A DNA stretch of 64,000 nt, taken from the NCBI RefSeq assembly GCF_009914755.1, contig NC_060927.1, one strand, 5' to 3'. Under the pieces are notes generated by a model. The model had not been told where the DNA came from, ran no database searches, and saw only the letters and a list, made by a program, of their open reading frames with translations. Shown piece by piece: positions 1 to 15,384 of the stretch (within the stretch, counting starts at the first letter, position 1; each line of letters begins with the position of its first letter). Source of the stretch: the human T2T-CHM13v2.0 reference genome, Homo sapiens. The translations under genes were made by a program, and so were the position numbers.

Positions 1-82
1 TTCAACCCCTGGGCTGAACTGATCCTCCTTCCTTGATCTCCCAAAGTGCTGGGATTAGAGACATGAGCTACCATGCCTGGCC
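1..82 (-). mobile_element. Alu (J-like) 5' end, cut by the window edge
   Basis: ctcccaaagtgctgggatta...ccatgcctggcc is the reverse complement of the Alu left-monomer start. Confidence 0.9.
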
Positions 83-334
83 AAGAAATAACTATTAATA
101 TGTACATACCAAATAACACAGCAACAACTTTCATAAACAAGAGGTGTGGGAAGAAATTTGCAAAAACACACTAAAAATAGGGTACTTTATTCACTTCCCT
201 CAATCTAAGACAGATGACGCAGAAAAATTAGTAAAGATAAGATTTGAACAACATACTCAAGATATACATAATGTCAAATTCTAACTCATATAAACAGAAT
301 AACCAAGAACAATCTTCAAGTACACACAGGGAAC

Positions 335-2170
335 TTATTAAAAGTAACAATAGCTAACAACCAATCTGAAGAAGAAGTAAAGAAAACATTTCCATTTACA
401 ATAGCATCAAAAAGAATAAAATATTTAGAAATAACCCTAACCAAGGAGGCAAAAGACTTGTACACAAAAAACTATAAAACACTGCCAAAATCAAAGATAC
501 AAGAAATCAAAGATACAAAGAAATGGGAAGATATCCTGTGTTCATAGATCAAAAGATGTAATATTGCTCAAATGTCCACACTACTCAAAGTGATCTACCA
601 GATTCAATGCAATCTCTATAAAAATTCCAATGGCATGTTTTTGTAGAAATAGAAAAAAAAATCCTAAAATTCATATGAATTCTCAAAAGACCTAAAAAAG
701 CCAAAAAATCTTGAAAAAGATGTACAAACTTCTCCAAGTTTTCTCACACTCACTGATTTCAAAACATACTACAAAACAACAGTAATCAAGACAGTACTGT
801 ACTGGCATAAACACAGACATATAAACCAATGGAACGAAACAGAGAGCCCAGAAATAAACCTGCGCATATATGGCCAATCTTTGACAAGTTGCCAAGCTCA
901 CACAATGGGAAAATGAGATACTCTTTTCAACAAATGGCACTGGGGGAAACTGGATGTCCACATGCAAACAAATGAAGTTGAACTTTTACCTTATACCATA
1001 TACAAAAATAAACTCAAAATGGATTAAAGACATAAATGTAAGCTCTAAAACGATAAAACTTCTAGAAGAAAACATAGAGGAAAGCTTTGGGACATTGAAT
1101 TTGGCAATGATTTCTGTTATATGACACCAAAAGCACAAGCAACAAAATAAAAAGCAGATAAATGAGACCACATCAAATTTTAAAACTTTCATTCATCAAA
1201 CCAAACAATCAACAGAGAGAAAAGACAACCTATGAAATGAGAGAAAATTTGTGCAAATCGTACTTCTGATGAGGGGTTACTATCTACATTGTATAAAAAA
1301 CTCCTATATTTCAATAACAACAACAAAATTAAAAATAGACAAGGACTTGAATAGACAATTCTCTAAAGATGAAATACAAATTGCCAACAAGCAGATGAAA
1401 AGATGCTCAGCATCACTAATTATAAGAGAAATGCAAATCAAAACCGCAATGATATATCAGCTCACACCTATTAGGATGGCCACTATAAAAAAAACACAAA
1501 TGGTGAGGACGGGCAGAAACTGGAACCCCTGTACACTGTTAGTGGGAATGTAAAATGGTGTAACCATTATGGAAAACAGTATGGAGGTTACTCGAAACAT
1601 TTAAAGTAAAGTTTTCATTTGATCTAGCAATCACACTTCTGGGTATATATCCAAAAGAATTCAAAATAGGATCTCAAAGAGAGAATTGCCCATTCATGTT
1701 CACTGCTGCATTACTCACAGTAGCTAAGATATGGAATCAACTTGAGTGTCCATCAATGAATGGCTAGGGAAAATATGTTCTATATGCACATTGGAATAAT
1801 ATTCTCTTTAAAAAAGAAGGAAGTGTTGTTATTTGCAACAACATGGATGAATCTCAAGGACATTATGCTAAGTGAAATAAGCCAGTCACAAAAGGAAAAA
1901 TGCTGTATGATTCCATTTCATAAAGTGTGTAAAGTAGTCAAAATCCTAGAAACAGAAAGTAGACAGGTGACTGCAAAGAGATTAAGGGAGGGAAGAGGGT
2001 TGAAAACAATGTTTAACGGAAACATAGTTTCAGTTTTACAAGATGAAACAAGTTCTAGAGATTCATTGTATAACAATGTGAATATACTTAATGTTAATAA
2101 ACTTCACATTTAAAAATTGTTAAAATGGTAAATTTAATGTTATGTGGTTTTTGCCACAATAGAAAGATAC
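335..2170 (+). mobile_element. Old LINE-1 (L1MB-like), 3' part of ORF2 and 3'UTR, degraded
   Basis: ORF remnants resemble the L1 ORF2 C-terminus ([27 protein letters not shown]); typical L1MB 3'UTR ending near ttttgccacaat. Confidence 0.85.
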
Positions 2171-2429
2171 TAAGAAAAAAAGTGGTCACAGAATATGTTA
2201 AATGACATATGAGAATGTAGTCTGTGGGAAGAACTGCAGGAAAAACTATTTTTGTTTCTTCAATATCAGAAAGAAAGAAAAAGAAGGAAAAGATGAAAAG
2301 AACTTAAAAGATGTACTATCAATGTGAATTTATTCAAATTAACTGTAAAAAATCATTTAAAAGACATTGAAAATTTGAACATTGACTGGATATTTGATAG
2401 TATTAATAAATTATTAATACTTAGGGGCA

Positions 2430-2972
2430 AAAAACACACCACCACCAGCCATTTATTATCTTAGTTTCTGTAGGTCAGAATTCAAGGCAGGCTCAACGGG
2501 TTCTCTACGTAGGGTCTCACAATACTAAAATCAAAGTGTCAGCTAGGCAGCACTCTTATTTAGAGGCTCCATGGAAGAATCCTCTTCTAAGCTCATCCAG
2601 ATTGCTAACAGAATTCAGTTGATTGTGGTTGTAAGACTGAAGTGTCTGTTCTCTTACTGGCTGCTGGATGAAAACCACTATCAACTCCTAAAAGCCACTC
2701 TCAGGTCCTTGCTCCCTGGACCCTTCCATTCCAAACAGAATTCTCTGGCATTCATTCCTTCTCATATTTTGAGTATCTCTGATTTCCTATTCTGCAACCA
2801 ACTGAAGAAACTACTTTTCTTTTAAAAGCTCATGTCATGAGGTTAGGCCCACCTGCATAATCTCCCTATCTTAAGGTCAACTAATTAGTAATTTAATTAA
2901 GTCTGCAAACTCCCTTTTGGCATGTAGTGGGGATAGAGCTCCTGGGTGACATATTAGAATTCTGACTGCCAG
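2430..2972 (-). mobile_element. MaLR LTR (MLT1D/E-like)
   Basis: MLT1 hallmarks tttctgtaggtcagaatt, ttctaagctcat, agaattcagtt; ends in agaattctgactgccaga (reverse complement of the LTR start). Confidence 0.75.
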
Positions 2973-5483
2973 ACTGATAAAATGCATTGAGGTTGAATTT
3001 GACTCCATGTAGATATATAGCTTTGAAATACTGAGAAAGAACTATTACCTTATAGGTAATCAGAAAAAAGCTATGAAATATTCATTTGGTACCTTAGTTC
3101 CCTCAATTCCCAGTAGCCTTTATCTACTTGATTGTAACTAGATAAAGTCACATGAAGGCAAAGGCTAAATACTATTTATCTTGGTAGTCCTAGCACCTAT
3201 GACCTAGCACAATACCAGTGCTTAATAATATTACTATATGAATTGAAAACTGAAAACAGCACGATGCTCTTGTAAGTGTTGTTCATGTCACAGATAAAAG
3301 CTTTAAAATTAAATCTTTTTTAAATATCGGTTAATTAGCACTTATAATTTTTTAGCATTTAATAGAATTTCCTCCAGTTTTTAAGTTGAAGACAATTGAA
3401 AAGTGATCTTCTGTTATTTTCTTTATAACAGATGACAATATATGATGAACAAAAGATTAAAATAATAATTAGTTTAAATACAGCTTAAGTCAGGAGCACT
3501 AATTATACAAAGACACTAGAAGTTCTTTTATCCACAAGATTGCTGTTGAAATCAGGCTTTGGCCAGATTTAAGGACATCTGAGCAGACAGGCTTCAGGAT
3601 GCCAGTGAAAGGTGCCACAATAGAACTGCAAACAAAAGAAGCAGGTGGTGAGGGAAAACAAAACAAAACAAAACACCACAATGAAAGGAGCAAAAAGCAG
3701 GAGAAACATAGATACATAGATTATCTGACTGACAGTACATTTCATTTAATACATGATCCTCTGTAGAATGCAATTAATATATACTTTTTGGAACCTAAAA
3801 ATATGTACTTGCATACAAACTTGCCTATATAACTTGATTTTTCAAAATTACATTCAATTCAAAGATAAAACGATTATGCTTTGAATTTTCAAATTTTCAC
3901 AGAAAAATTATGACAAAATCATGGTGTTTGAAGCTAAAAGAAACTATGGGACTGAGTTTACCACTCTGAACTTTTATCTATGGGCAAACTGAGGATCTGA
4001 GAAGAACAGGCAACCAAAGAGTGGCAAGAGAGGCCCAGGTCTCCTGTCTGCTAGCCATTCTAGCCTGGCTGTACATCACACAACCTCTGCATCTACCAAA
4101 TAGCAGGACAAGTGCACAGACCCATTTTAATAACAAGACCTTATTCCCTAATGCATAAAGCTTATTTTATAATGTGATTTATACCAATAGACACAAATAA
4201 TAATAATTTATGTTGATATATGAACTTTAAAAACACAAAAACTTAAGGTTACAGTTGACAAATTGGGCATCCAGTCATTTAAATAAATTTAGGTATGACA
4301 GTCATATATTTTAAGCCATGGTAATAAAGAAAACAAAATCAATGAAGTACTGAGTTCAATATTTTTTAAGATGGTCCTAAGACTCAATCGCTATTTCCAT
4401 TTAGCAAGTTCTCATTGAGCAGTATGTGTCCAGTGCCAGCTAGTGTTGTTGATGTTCAGCCACATGGTCCCTGCCTTTTGTTATTAACATTCTGGAAGGA
4501 GAATGAGACATGTCATAAAATGGATATTCTTGGACTTCACCTTCCAGCCATGAGGGATTAAGAGGATATGCAATTACCCTACCTCTGTCAAACACTAGAA
4601 AATTAGACAAATATTAAAAAAAAAATAACTTAGCACAGGACTATGATCTCTAAAAGAGAAAAAAATAAGTGAGGTGAACCTACCACTGACCAGGTGTTCT
4701 ACTATGAGGCAGTTTTCAGACAGAGACACAGTGAGCAGGAACCTATACAGAGTCCAGCAATCTAGATTAGTTAAGGAGAAGGCAAATAGAGTTTGAGGTG
4801 GTAGAATTCCAGAGAGAAGAGAGTTACACAGAGAAAAATAACATGGGAAATCTGTACAAAGGTTCCAGTGGATTTTTGAAATCAATCTGCATATGCACAG
4901 GAAAAAACACCACAAAGGCCAGGCCAAAAAAAAAAAAAAAAAAAAAAAATCCTAAGAAATGAGTTACTAGGTAGGAGTAAGAGAAACAATTCCCAGAGCT
5001 CACAGAAGGCCAGGGAATCACTGGAGTTCTCACCAGCCAGACCACAGAGGTCATGTTGAATATATAGTGCCTTTTGTAAAAATAATTCAGAATGGCAATG
5101 CCTTAGAAACAGAACAGCCTTACTCCTAAAATAAAGGCACTTCTAAATATGCCTTAAAAAAGCTTTAAAGCAAACCCCTAAAAAGTTAAAATAATCTAAA
5201 AGTAACTTTATTGCCTACCAGAAAAAAATCCAACACTCTTTAGAAAAATCGATATGACAGACTTAATGCAAAATATACAATGTCAGAAATGAAATATTGC
5301 TACACAAAAGAAGAAATGCAAGAATGGGACTCATAAAAAGAAAAATCAGTCAAAAAAATAAAGACCAGAAATGACAAATAGTCCAAGTTCAAACAAAAAA
5401 GCTAAAATTTCTATTATAAAGACACACAATAAGCTCAAGAGTGCAGAGGAAAATGAATAGAATGAGATAAAGAGATGTTTTAA

Positions 5484-6193
<710 letters not shown>

Positions 6194-6898
6194 TTACCAA
6201 CAAATTAGACACAACAGACAAAAAGGCCAGTGAACTTGAAGACCTCGCAATACAGTATATCCAAAACTAGGTACAGAAAGAAAAAAAAAAAAACTCTGAA
6301 AAATGAAATAAACAGAGGCTCAGTGTCTTATGGGATCATATCAAGCAGCCTAACATACATGTAATTGAGGATAAAATAGGCTAAGAGGAAAGGGGAAAAA
6401 AAGCTTTTTGAAGAAACGATGGTTGAAGAATTTTTTATTTGAAGAAAATCATAATTCCACAGATTCAAGAGCTTAATAAACCACAGATGGATAAACATTC
6501 ACAAACACACATATGTACACACACACCCTCCACACACCAAGACTAATCATAATCAGATTGCTGACAATCAGAAAAGAGAGGAAAATCTTAAAAGGGGAAA
6601 AAAAAGATATTACATAGAAAAGAACAAGTATAAAAATGACAGCAGACTTATTAGTAACTGTGCAAGCCAGAAGACACTGAAAAGCAACTTTGAAGTATTA
6701 AAAGAAAAATTAACAAACTAAAAATTGTAATCAGTGAATATATCTTTCAAAGATGAAGGTGAAATAAAAACTTTTTCAGCAAACAAAAGTGGAAAGAATT
6801 CTTTACCAGTATCTCTGCATGGAAAAAAAAGAAGTGGAGGGTAGGGAAAGTTTTTCAGACAAATTTTTTTTAAAAGATGAAAGTTGAATAGAGTCTAA

Positions 6899-7099
6899 AC
6901 GGGATGTCCAATCTTTTGGCTTCCCTGGGCCACACTGGAAGAAGAATTGTCTGGGGCCACAAATAAAATACACTACCGATAACTGATGAGCTTAAAAAAA
7001 AAAAAGCCCATGCATAAATCTCATAATGTTTTAAGAAAGTTAACGAATTTGTGTTGGGCCACATTCAAAGCTGTCCTGGGCCGCAGGTTAGACAAGCTG
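6899..7099 (+). mobile_element. MER30 (hAT-Charlie MITE)
   Basis: tgtccaatcttttggcttccctgggccacactggaagaagaattgtc...gacaagctg matches the recalled MER30 consensus. Confidence 0.85.
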
Positions 7100-7289
7100 G
7101 ATTTAGACAAAGGAATGAAGGTCTCCTAAGGCAGTTAATATGAGTAAATATTTTAACTTATTTTTATATTTAAATTTCTTTAACTGGATAAGGTTAAAAT
7201 AACGTATGATCAGATTCACAACATATGTATAAGTAAAACGTGTTATGTGGTAAATATTTGGCCATAAGAATAAAGATAATTGTTCTATT

Positions 7290-9046
7290 TAGGCAGCCCC
7301 CACGTTGCACAGTTCATGTGAGCTATTAAAATGGCCATACCAGCTGAACTGTACAAAGCCATCTCACTAATAATAGATAAAAAATTACAATTGCTCCATA
7401 ATCTTTAAAATTTGTTGTCAAGGGATGCTGGAGGATCATGACGGATGGCAGGCAGGATAGACTGCAGCTCCCAGTTGGATGGACAGAACAGCATGTGGAG
7501 TCTTGCATCCGGAACTTTTGTTCCAGAACTACTGCAGGAATATATCAGACAAGCCGAGAGAACCCACAGACCCACTGAAGGAAGCGGACTGCTCCTGCAG
7601 GAACCGGGAGACACCCCAAATACTATGAGTGCCCAAACTGTAGAAGTGGGAAACGGGGATCATCCACCCTTGAACACACACCCTCACTGGGGAACCTGAA
7701 GGTCTAAATCACAGAAGATTCTGACTTTTACCTGGAGCTGAGTCAATTTAGAGAGCTGAGTCAATTTAGAGAGCCGAGTGAAATACAGGTGTAGAGGAAG
7801 CAGCGGGAAAAGCCCTGTGGGCTCTCTGGGTCCCCTGGGTAAACCATTTCTGCCTTGCCTCACAGGGGTCCTCGGGCGGGCTGCCTAAGGTACTGGGAAA
7901 AGGCCACAGGGAGAAAGGGTGGGAAAGGGGTGAGGGATACAAGACTACAAATTGGGTGCAGCGTATACTGCTCAGGTGATGGGTGCACCAAAATCTCACA
8001 GATCACCTGAGAACTTACTCATGTAACCAAACACCACCCGTTCCTCAATAACCTATGGAAATAAAAAAATTTTTTTAAATAACAATAAAAATAAAATTTG
8101 TTGTCAAAACATTAAAAACTCTTATCAGTTATAAATGTATAGAGAAGTAAAAAATAGCAAACCTAACACTTTAGTACACTGTAATTTAAAACAGAAACAT
8201 TGAGAATTAATGTGTTTTATTTATCTGTAAAACACTTATGAAGAGTAGTTAAAATGGTGTTAACCTTCTCTTTATCATATCACTTATGATACAAAGTGAG
8301 TATCTTATCTATGCCTTGGGGAACTGTCATACTCCTAAAATTTTATCCTTTGTGCTTTCAATGTTGTGAAATATCTGTGTGTGTTCTCTTAATGTCGATT
8401 TTTTTTTAAACTGATGTCACTTCCTCTGGGACATCCTCATGCTTTCTGTCACAACCACTTTCCTCACTAATGTCAGCAAGCTCACCTTCACCAAGTTCCT
8501 CTGGCTGCATAGCTAGGAATTCTAGAAAGCAGCAGGTCACCATTACCACAATCAGCTATTTCTTCCCTAACTCCCCTTATATTTAATTCAGATTTCATTT
8601 CCAGTATTATCATATTTTGTTTCTTTGCTGAACTTTTATTTTTGTTGGCCAGTCTCTCAACTATCCATTTTTGTAAAAGGTCATGTGAGTTTATCACTGA
8701 GAGACAAGAAAACACAACTACCCACTTTGCTGTCTAAACAAGAGCTGATGCAAAGTGACAAATCACTGAAAGACTTTCAAAGAAGTGATGTGATAGGTCA
8801 CTGATCATGATGCGCATCTCTTTAGTGATTTGTTGATTGAAGATCTACCAGGCAAGTTTCTACATTGTACAGTTACTCACCATATACCCTACACACATGC
8901 ATGCACACACACACACACACATATAAACACAATGAAATCTGTAACTGAAATCTGAACCATGTTGCAGGGGAACTGGAGTTATTTAACCAAACCATGGTAA
9001 CTGAAATTCACGGATGCTGGAACCACACAAAGAGATGACCGGTCTA
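7290..9046 (-). mobile_element. Tigger13a-like DNA transposon, split by the L1PB insertion
   Basis: Right end ggtaactgaaattcacggatgctggaacc resembles the reverse complement of the Tigger13a start; left end aggcagcccccacgttgcacagtt is TIR-like. Confidence 0.6.
7422..8092 (+). mobile_element. Internally deleted L1PB (5'UTR start joined to the 3' terminus) with TSD
   Basis: About 490 bp of L1PB-type 5'UTR, then the L1PB1-type 3' end (agactacaaattgggtgcagcgtatactgctc...acctatggaaataaaa); TSD aaaatttgttgtcaa at 7407-7421 and 8093-8107. Confidence 0.85.
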
Positions 9047-9249
9047 TAGTTGATAGTTATATTTACATCAGTAACTACAGAGAGAGAGATACACAGAAAT
9101 ATATACATTAAAATAAATGCTAACTATGCATATCTCTGGGCACAGAGTCATAGCTAATTTCCATTTTCTTCTTCAGGCTTTTCTTTATATTTTAGTTTTT
9201 ATACAATGATGATCTAAATGTACCACTCGTGTAAAAAGAAAAATAGCCT

Positions 9250-9545
9250 GGCTGGGCACAGTGGCTCACTTCTGTAATCCCAGAACTTTGAGGGGGCTGA
9301 GGTGGGCAGATCACTTGAGCTCAGAAGCTCAGACCAGCCTGGGCAACACGGTGAAACCCTGTCTCTACAAAAAATATAAAAAACTTAGCCAGGTATCACG
9401 GCATGTATCTGTAGTCCCAGCTACCGGGGTTGGGGGAAGGGGGGCTGAGGTGGGAAGATGGATTGAGCCTGGGAGGCGGAGGTTGCAGTGAGCTGAGGGA
9501 GCACCACTGCACTCCAGCCTGGGTGACAGAGCCAGACTGTGTCGA
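9250..9545 (+). mobile_element. AluJ-like with a G-rich insertion
   Basis: Alu dimer followed by a purine-rich tail. Confidence 0.9.
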
Positions 9546-9755
9546 AAGAGAGAAAAGAGAGAGAGGGGAGGGAAAGGGAAAGGAAGGCAGGTGGGCAAGC
9601 AGAGTTATTTTTAAAGGCAGTAAATTTTATAAGTTATTTCTTAGATGTTATTTCCTGGCATAGAACATATAATTTTAAATTCATGCAAACCATCAGAAAA
9701 TCAAAATATGCATAGTTGCTTACTTATACACACAAGAAACAGGAAGGGCACTATG

Positions 9756-10064
9756 GGCTGGGCACGGCAGCTCATGTCTATAATCTCAGCACTTTGGGAG
9801 GCCAAGATGGGACGATTACTTGAGGCCAGGAGTTTGAGGCCAGCCTGAGCAACACAGTGAGACTTCCATCTCTATGAAAACATTTTTTTAATTAGCTGGG
9901 CATGGTGGCACGTGCCTACAGTTCCAGCTACTTAGGAGGCTGAGGTGGGAGGATCTCAAGCCCAGGAGTTCAAGGCAGCAGTGAGCTATGATCACACCAC
10001 TGAAGTCCAGCCTGGATGACAGAATGAGACTCTATCTCTAAAAATAAAATAAAATAAAATAAAA
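9756..10064 (+). mobile_element. AluJ-like with (TAAAA)n tail
   Basis: Alu dimer; degenerate TSD aggaagggcactatgg / aagaaggccactgtgg. Confidence 0.9.
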
Positions 10065-10069
10065 GAAGG

Positions 10070-12365
10070 CCACTGTGGCTGAAGAATACAGGTGAAGGGG
10101 TGAATGGTATGAGATGGGGTGGAAGAGAGATGCGAGGGACAGAAGTGGTGCTTTATAGCCCCAGTTAGAGATTTGGATTTTCAATTGGATGTTAAGCCAC
10201 TGCAGGTTTTAAGCTGAAGAGGAATATATAATTTCCATTTGTAAGAAAATCAAATCTAGCAAATCTAGCTAAATGGAACGCAAACAGCAGGGGAGATGAA
10301 AGGAGAAGCAGGGAGATGAGTCAGGCACCAGAGCAGCGCAGCTGAAACAGGATGGTGGCTTGGACTACGGTGAGAGTAATGGAGATGGAGAAAAGGAGAC
10401 AAATCGAGCTATGTTTAGGAGAAGAAAGGCCGATCCCAGACTGTATTATATGGCTAGGGAGAGATATATGTCACTGAGACAGGAAAAACCTGTGGAAGAA
10501 GCAGTTTTGGTGTGTGAGAGGAAGGGCAATGAGTGCAGGATCAAAAGATCGATTTGGCTCTATAAAGTCTAAGATATTTTTAAAATACTTAGGATAGTTT
10601 TTTCAGATTAGAGATGGCACACTGATCAGAACAGATGACACACTCAAAAGGGTTTAACTGAAAATAATTTAAACAAGGGGCTCTACAGATGTGCAGGCCA
10701 GCTTCAGAGGACCTGCAAGGCGTGGTAAAGCACCCAGAGACCAGGCAGTAACCCCCTTGGGCCTGAAGTGACTTGACCTCTTCCTCTTCCTGCCCACTGA
10801 TCCTGCCGCGGTCAACTTCTGGCAGAACCCAACTAGAAGCCAGTAAGCTACAGAGACCAGGTAAGATAGCTGGCTGGCCAGCCTCTCGGGGCACTGAGCA
10901 GGGTAAAAGGCACCTAGTAATCCTAGAAAAGAAGGCTAATGAAGAATTACTAATAAAAGAATATTTGAAGCTATCAGCATAGATGGATTTACTTATGCAA
11001 AGTGTGTAGTTAAAAAAGAAAAGGTGTTCCAAGACAGAGCTTTGGGGTCCTCTGAACCTTCGTGGTCAGATGCAGCTTGAGGAGTCAGCAAAGGAGACCA
11101 AGAAGTTGTACTAGGGAGGTGGGAGGGAAACTGGAGGGTGTAGTGCCACAGAAGCCAACACAGAAGAATGTCTCAACAAGTGAGGGTGGTCATTTTATTA
11201 AGAACTGTTTTCAGGCCAAGGAAGTAATAACAGAGAGTGATTAAGGGATTTGCCAATGTGATAGTCATTGGTGACATTAAAAAGTGCAATCTCAGTAAAG
11301 AAGAGAAACCAAAAAACCTACTAAGTAGCTGAGGGAATAACAAGACAAAGAAAAGACAGTGCCAAAGACAATTCTTTCAAGAAATGTAGCTGTGACACTG
11401 ATCAGAGAAATGAAGGAATAGCTGCAGAGGGATGTGGGGTAAAGAGTATCCCTAGTATTTCCTAACGAGATCTAAAAAGAGAGTCAGAGAAATTAACAAC
11501 AGCAGAAGACCTTACAAAGGCAAGAACAAATGGGCCCAGGAACAAGTAGATGACTTGGTTTGGCTTTGATAGAAGCAGGGATACTCTAGTCATTACATCG
11601 GGGGGATGACAAGAAAGAAAGACGGGAGTATGAGTATACTTGCCTGCATGTTGACAGGTTTGGTGTTGGAATGGAACACTTCATGTCTCAATAAAGCTTA
11701 AGGCAGCTGCACATTGGGGGCATTTGTTTTAGAGGGCAGGAATCATACACATAAAGCAGCATGAATTTCCAGCTGAGATATAGTCAGGTCATTTAAAGAG
11801 AAACCAGTTGGTATAATTGTGTATTTTTCTCCAGGAGATTTTAATTTTTCAGGTGCTGGTGAAGAATAGGAGAGTTAGGAGTTGGACTTAATAAAAGCTG
11901 TTGCTCTGGCAGATGAGTAAGATACAGGGAAGGGGTCAAGGGAATTCGGGTGTTTTCAAGGGCTTGAGATGGGCAAAATCATGGAATCCAAGCTAAGAAA
12001 GGGAAGAGAAGACATAAAGAGCTGGGAAGATAATGATAATGGCTGGGTCAATGGTCTGGACATTTCTGTGAGGGTAAAGAATTCCTGAGAGAACTGTCAT
12101 GGGTGAGCTGGAAGGACAGAAGGTGGCATTCGGAGTGAGATATGTGAAATCAAGGTCATAAAGGTAGTTCAATTATGATAGATCACAAGGTCAGAGATGT
12201 GGTCCATGGAATGTGTGCATGAGGTGTGCGTAGGGGGATGGAATAGAACATTAGAAGACAGCTGAGGTACTGAGTGGCCAAAGCGCAGGATGGACCATTC
12301 ATATGAAAATGAAAGTCACCAAGAAAGATGGCAGACATCATTACAGAAGGGAAGAAATTGGGCCT
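10070..12365 (-). mobile_element. L2 remnant, interrupted by a probable old LTR fragment at about 10600-10940
   Basis: Purine-rich antisense-L2 motifs (agccactgcaggttttaagc, ggagatggagaaaagg, gtcattggtgac). Confidence 0.65.
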
Positions 12366-12378
12366 GATTCTAGTGTAA

Positions 12379-12510
12379 GGTTTCTCAATGTCAGCACTAT
12401 TGACATCATGGGCCAGATAACTGTTTTGGGGGTTGCTCTGTGCACCGTACACTATTTAGTAGCATCCCTGACTTCTACGCTCTAGATATAGGTGCCATCC
12501 CACCCCAGTC
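12379..12510 (-). mobile_element. MER20 fragment (hAT-Charlie)
   Basis: ggtttctcaatgtcagcactattgacat...agcatccctgacttctac is the reverse complement of the MER20 3' half. Confidence 0.75.
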
Positions 12511-14305
12511 TCTCTGTTGCAGCTCCCTTGGGTTGGGGTTGGTGGTCAGGACAGAGAACAGGCCACCCCTCCTGCACGCTCCCCTCTCAGGAGTCATAAG
12601 TAAAGTCCTGTGAGGACCCCTGTTTTCACACAGCACGGAGGTGACTGGGAGGGGTAGTCTCCCCACTCTGTGGTGGAGCATAATGGAAAAATCTCAAAGT
12701 AAGTCCTTGTGTGTCAACCATAGACCATCCAAAGCTAACTCTTACTTGCTCTCTCGAAGCTGGACCCTACCAAAGGATTCTCCAGGAAACAACATGGCTC
12801 AGGGAGCTTCCTTTCTCTGTGTGGACCAAGGGAGATACATTGGTGGCTTTTTTCCCTTTAGGCTCAAAACCTGCAGGGCCTTGCACAGATCAAGACACGG
12901 CAAATTTTACAGCTATCTTTTATCTCTTAAGTGAAAGTTTGCTCTGTAACATAATTCCTCTCTCTCCACCTCCGCATAGCCCATCCCAGGTTGAGTCTTT
13001 TAGGCAGATAGTCCAGGCACCTATAGAATCAAGTCCCTGGTGAAACAAACAGTGAGTTCCACAGAGGACCACCTTGTGCTGTCCTCTGGATTCACTGCGT
13101 AGGCCACAGAGAGTGAGTGTGAGTACTGACTGGCCACATAAGAAAACCCATCAGGGAAGAAGGGGTTTCTGGGCACAATGAGACAGCACTGCCCACAGGT
13201 AATCGCTTCTCTTTGATTACTGCCCCAAGAATGCTGATTTACCACTGGATAATTCTTAAGGAAGACAAAAAAGAGATATGCTTCTCAAAACACAAACTTA
13301 GAGATTTTTTGGGAGGGGAGCAGCCCTTCATAGTGGAGGCGAAGTCTACTTCAATTTGCAATTTGCAATGCAACACGTGGAGAAAAGCAAAAAAACGAAA
13401 CCAAACTCCTAAGCATAGCAGGTGCACTGAATCCTCTTAACACGCATTTCCCTAAAGTAAAACCAAAAATAACTTTCTGAAAAAACTCATTTCTAAGCAC
13501 ATCTTTCAGTACTGGCAGATCCTGCGTTCCCAAAGGGCTCAAGCTAATAAGCCTCAAGAGTTCTAAGGCCCCTTGGGGGTGAGTGGACCTAGTGAACATT
13601 AAAAGAATCCCCAACATGCAAAACTGATCAAAGCAGAGATGTCCTGGTCCCACATGACCAGTTCCTCACTCCCTCCCAATCAGCCACCAGACGGAGTTGG
13701 AAACACCTACCCTTGCTTCAGCCTGCCATGCCCAGTCATCTACCTAAAACACCTTTACAGCACTGCTTACTTGCAAACTAAACCCTCTAAAATAATGTCT
13801 AAAAGTAGCTCAACTGGAGCTATAAGAAAAGCTATCAAACATTGTTTGGTGAAATAAAATAAAAATCCAGTGTTTCAACAGATACAGAGCATCTCAGGAG
13901 ACCAGACAGATAGAGAAACATATGTAAGCAATCTTCCAGAGCATGCGAGTAATATATTTCAAAGGGAGCTGTCATGGAGAGCAAAATCAATCATTTTTAC
14001 AACGAAACCTAGAAATTGCCACAGTTATATGGCACAGCAGGAATTCTTCACACGTAAATCATGTGGGAACAGCATTAGAAAAAAATATCATAAATTCTAA
14101 TCTAAGAAACATCATCAAATATATGTGGCTATTTTTACGGCCCAGAGAATACACATCCACCCCCTACATATACACCCCCACACACACACACGAGTTCACA
14201 TTTAATCTCAGTCGCTGCTTCTACAAAGACTGCTGTATATTGTTTTTCATGATTACTTACATGGTAGGCTTACTATAAAAAGAATAGTAAGTGGTATTAT
14301 GTAAG

Positions 14306-15384
<1,079 letters not shown>

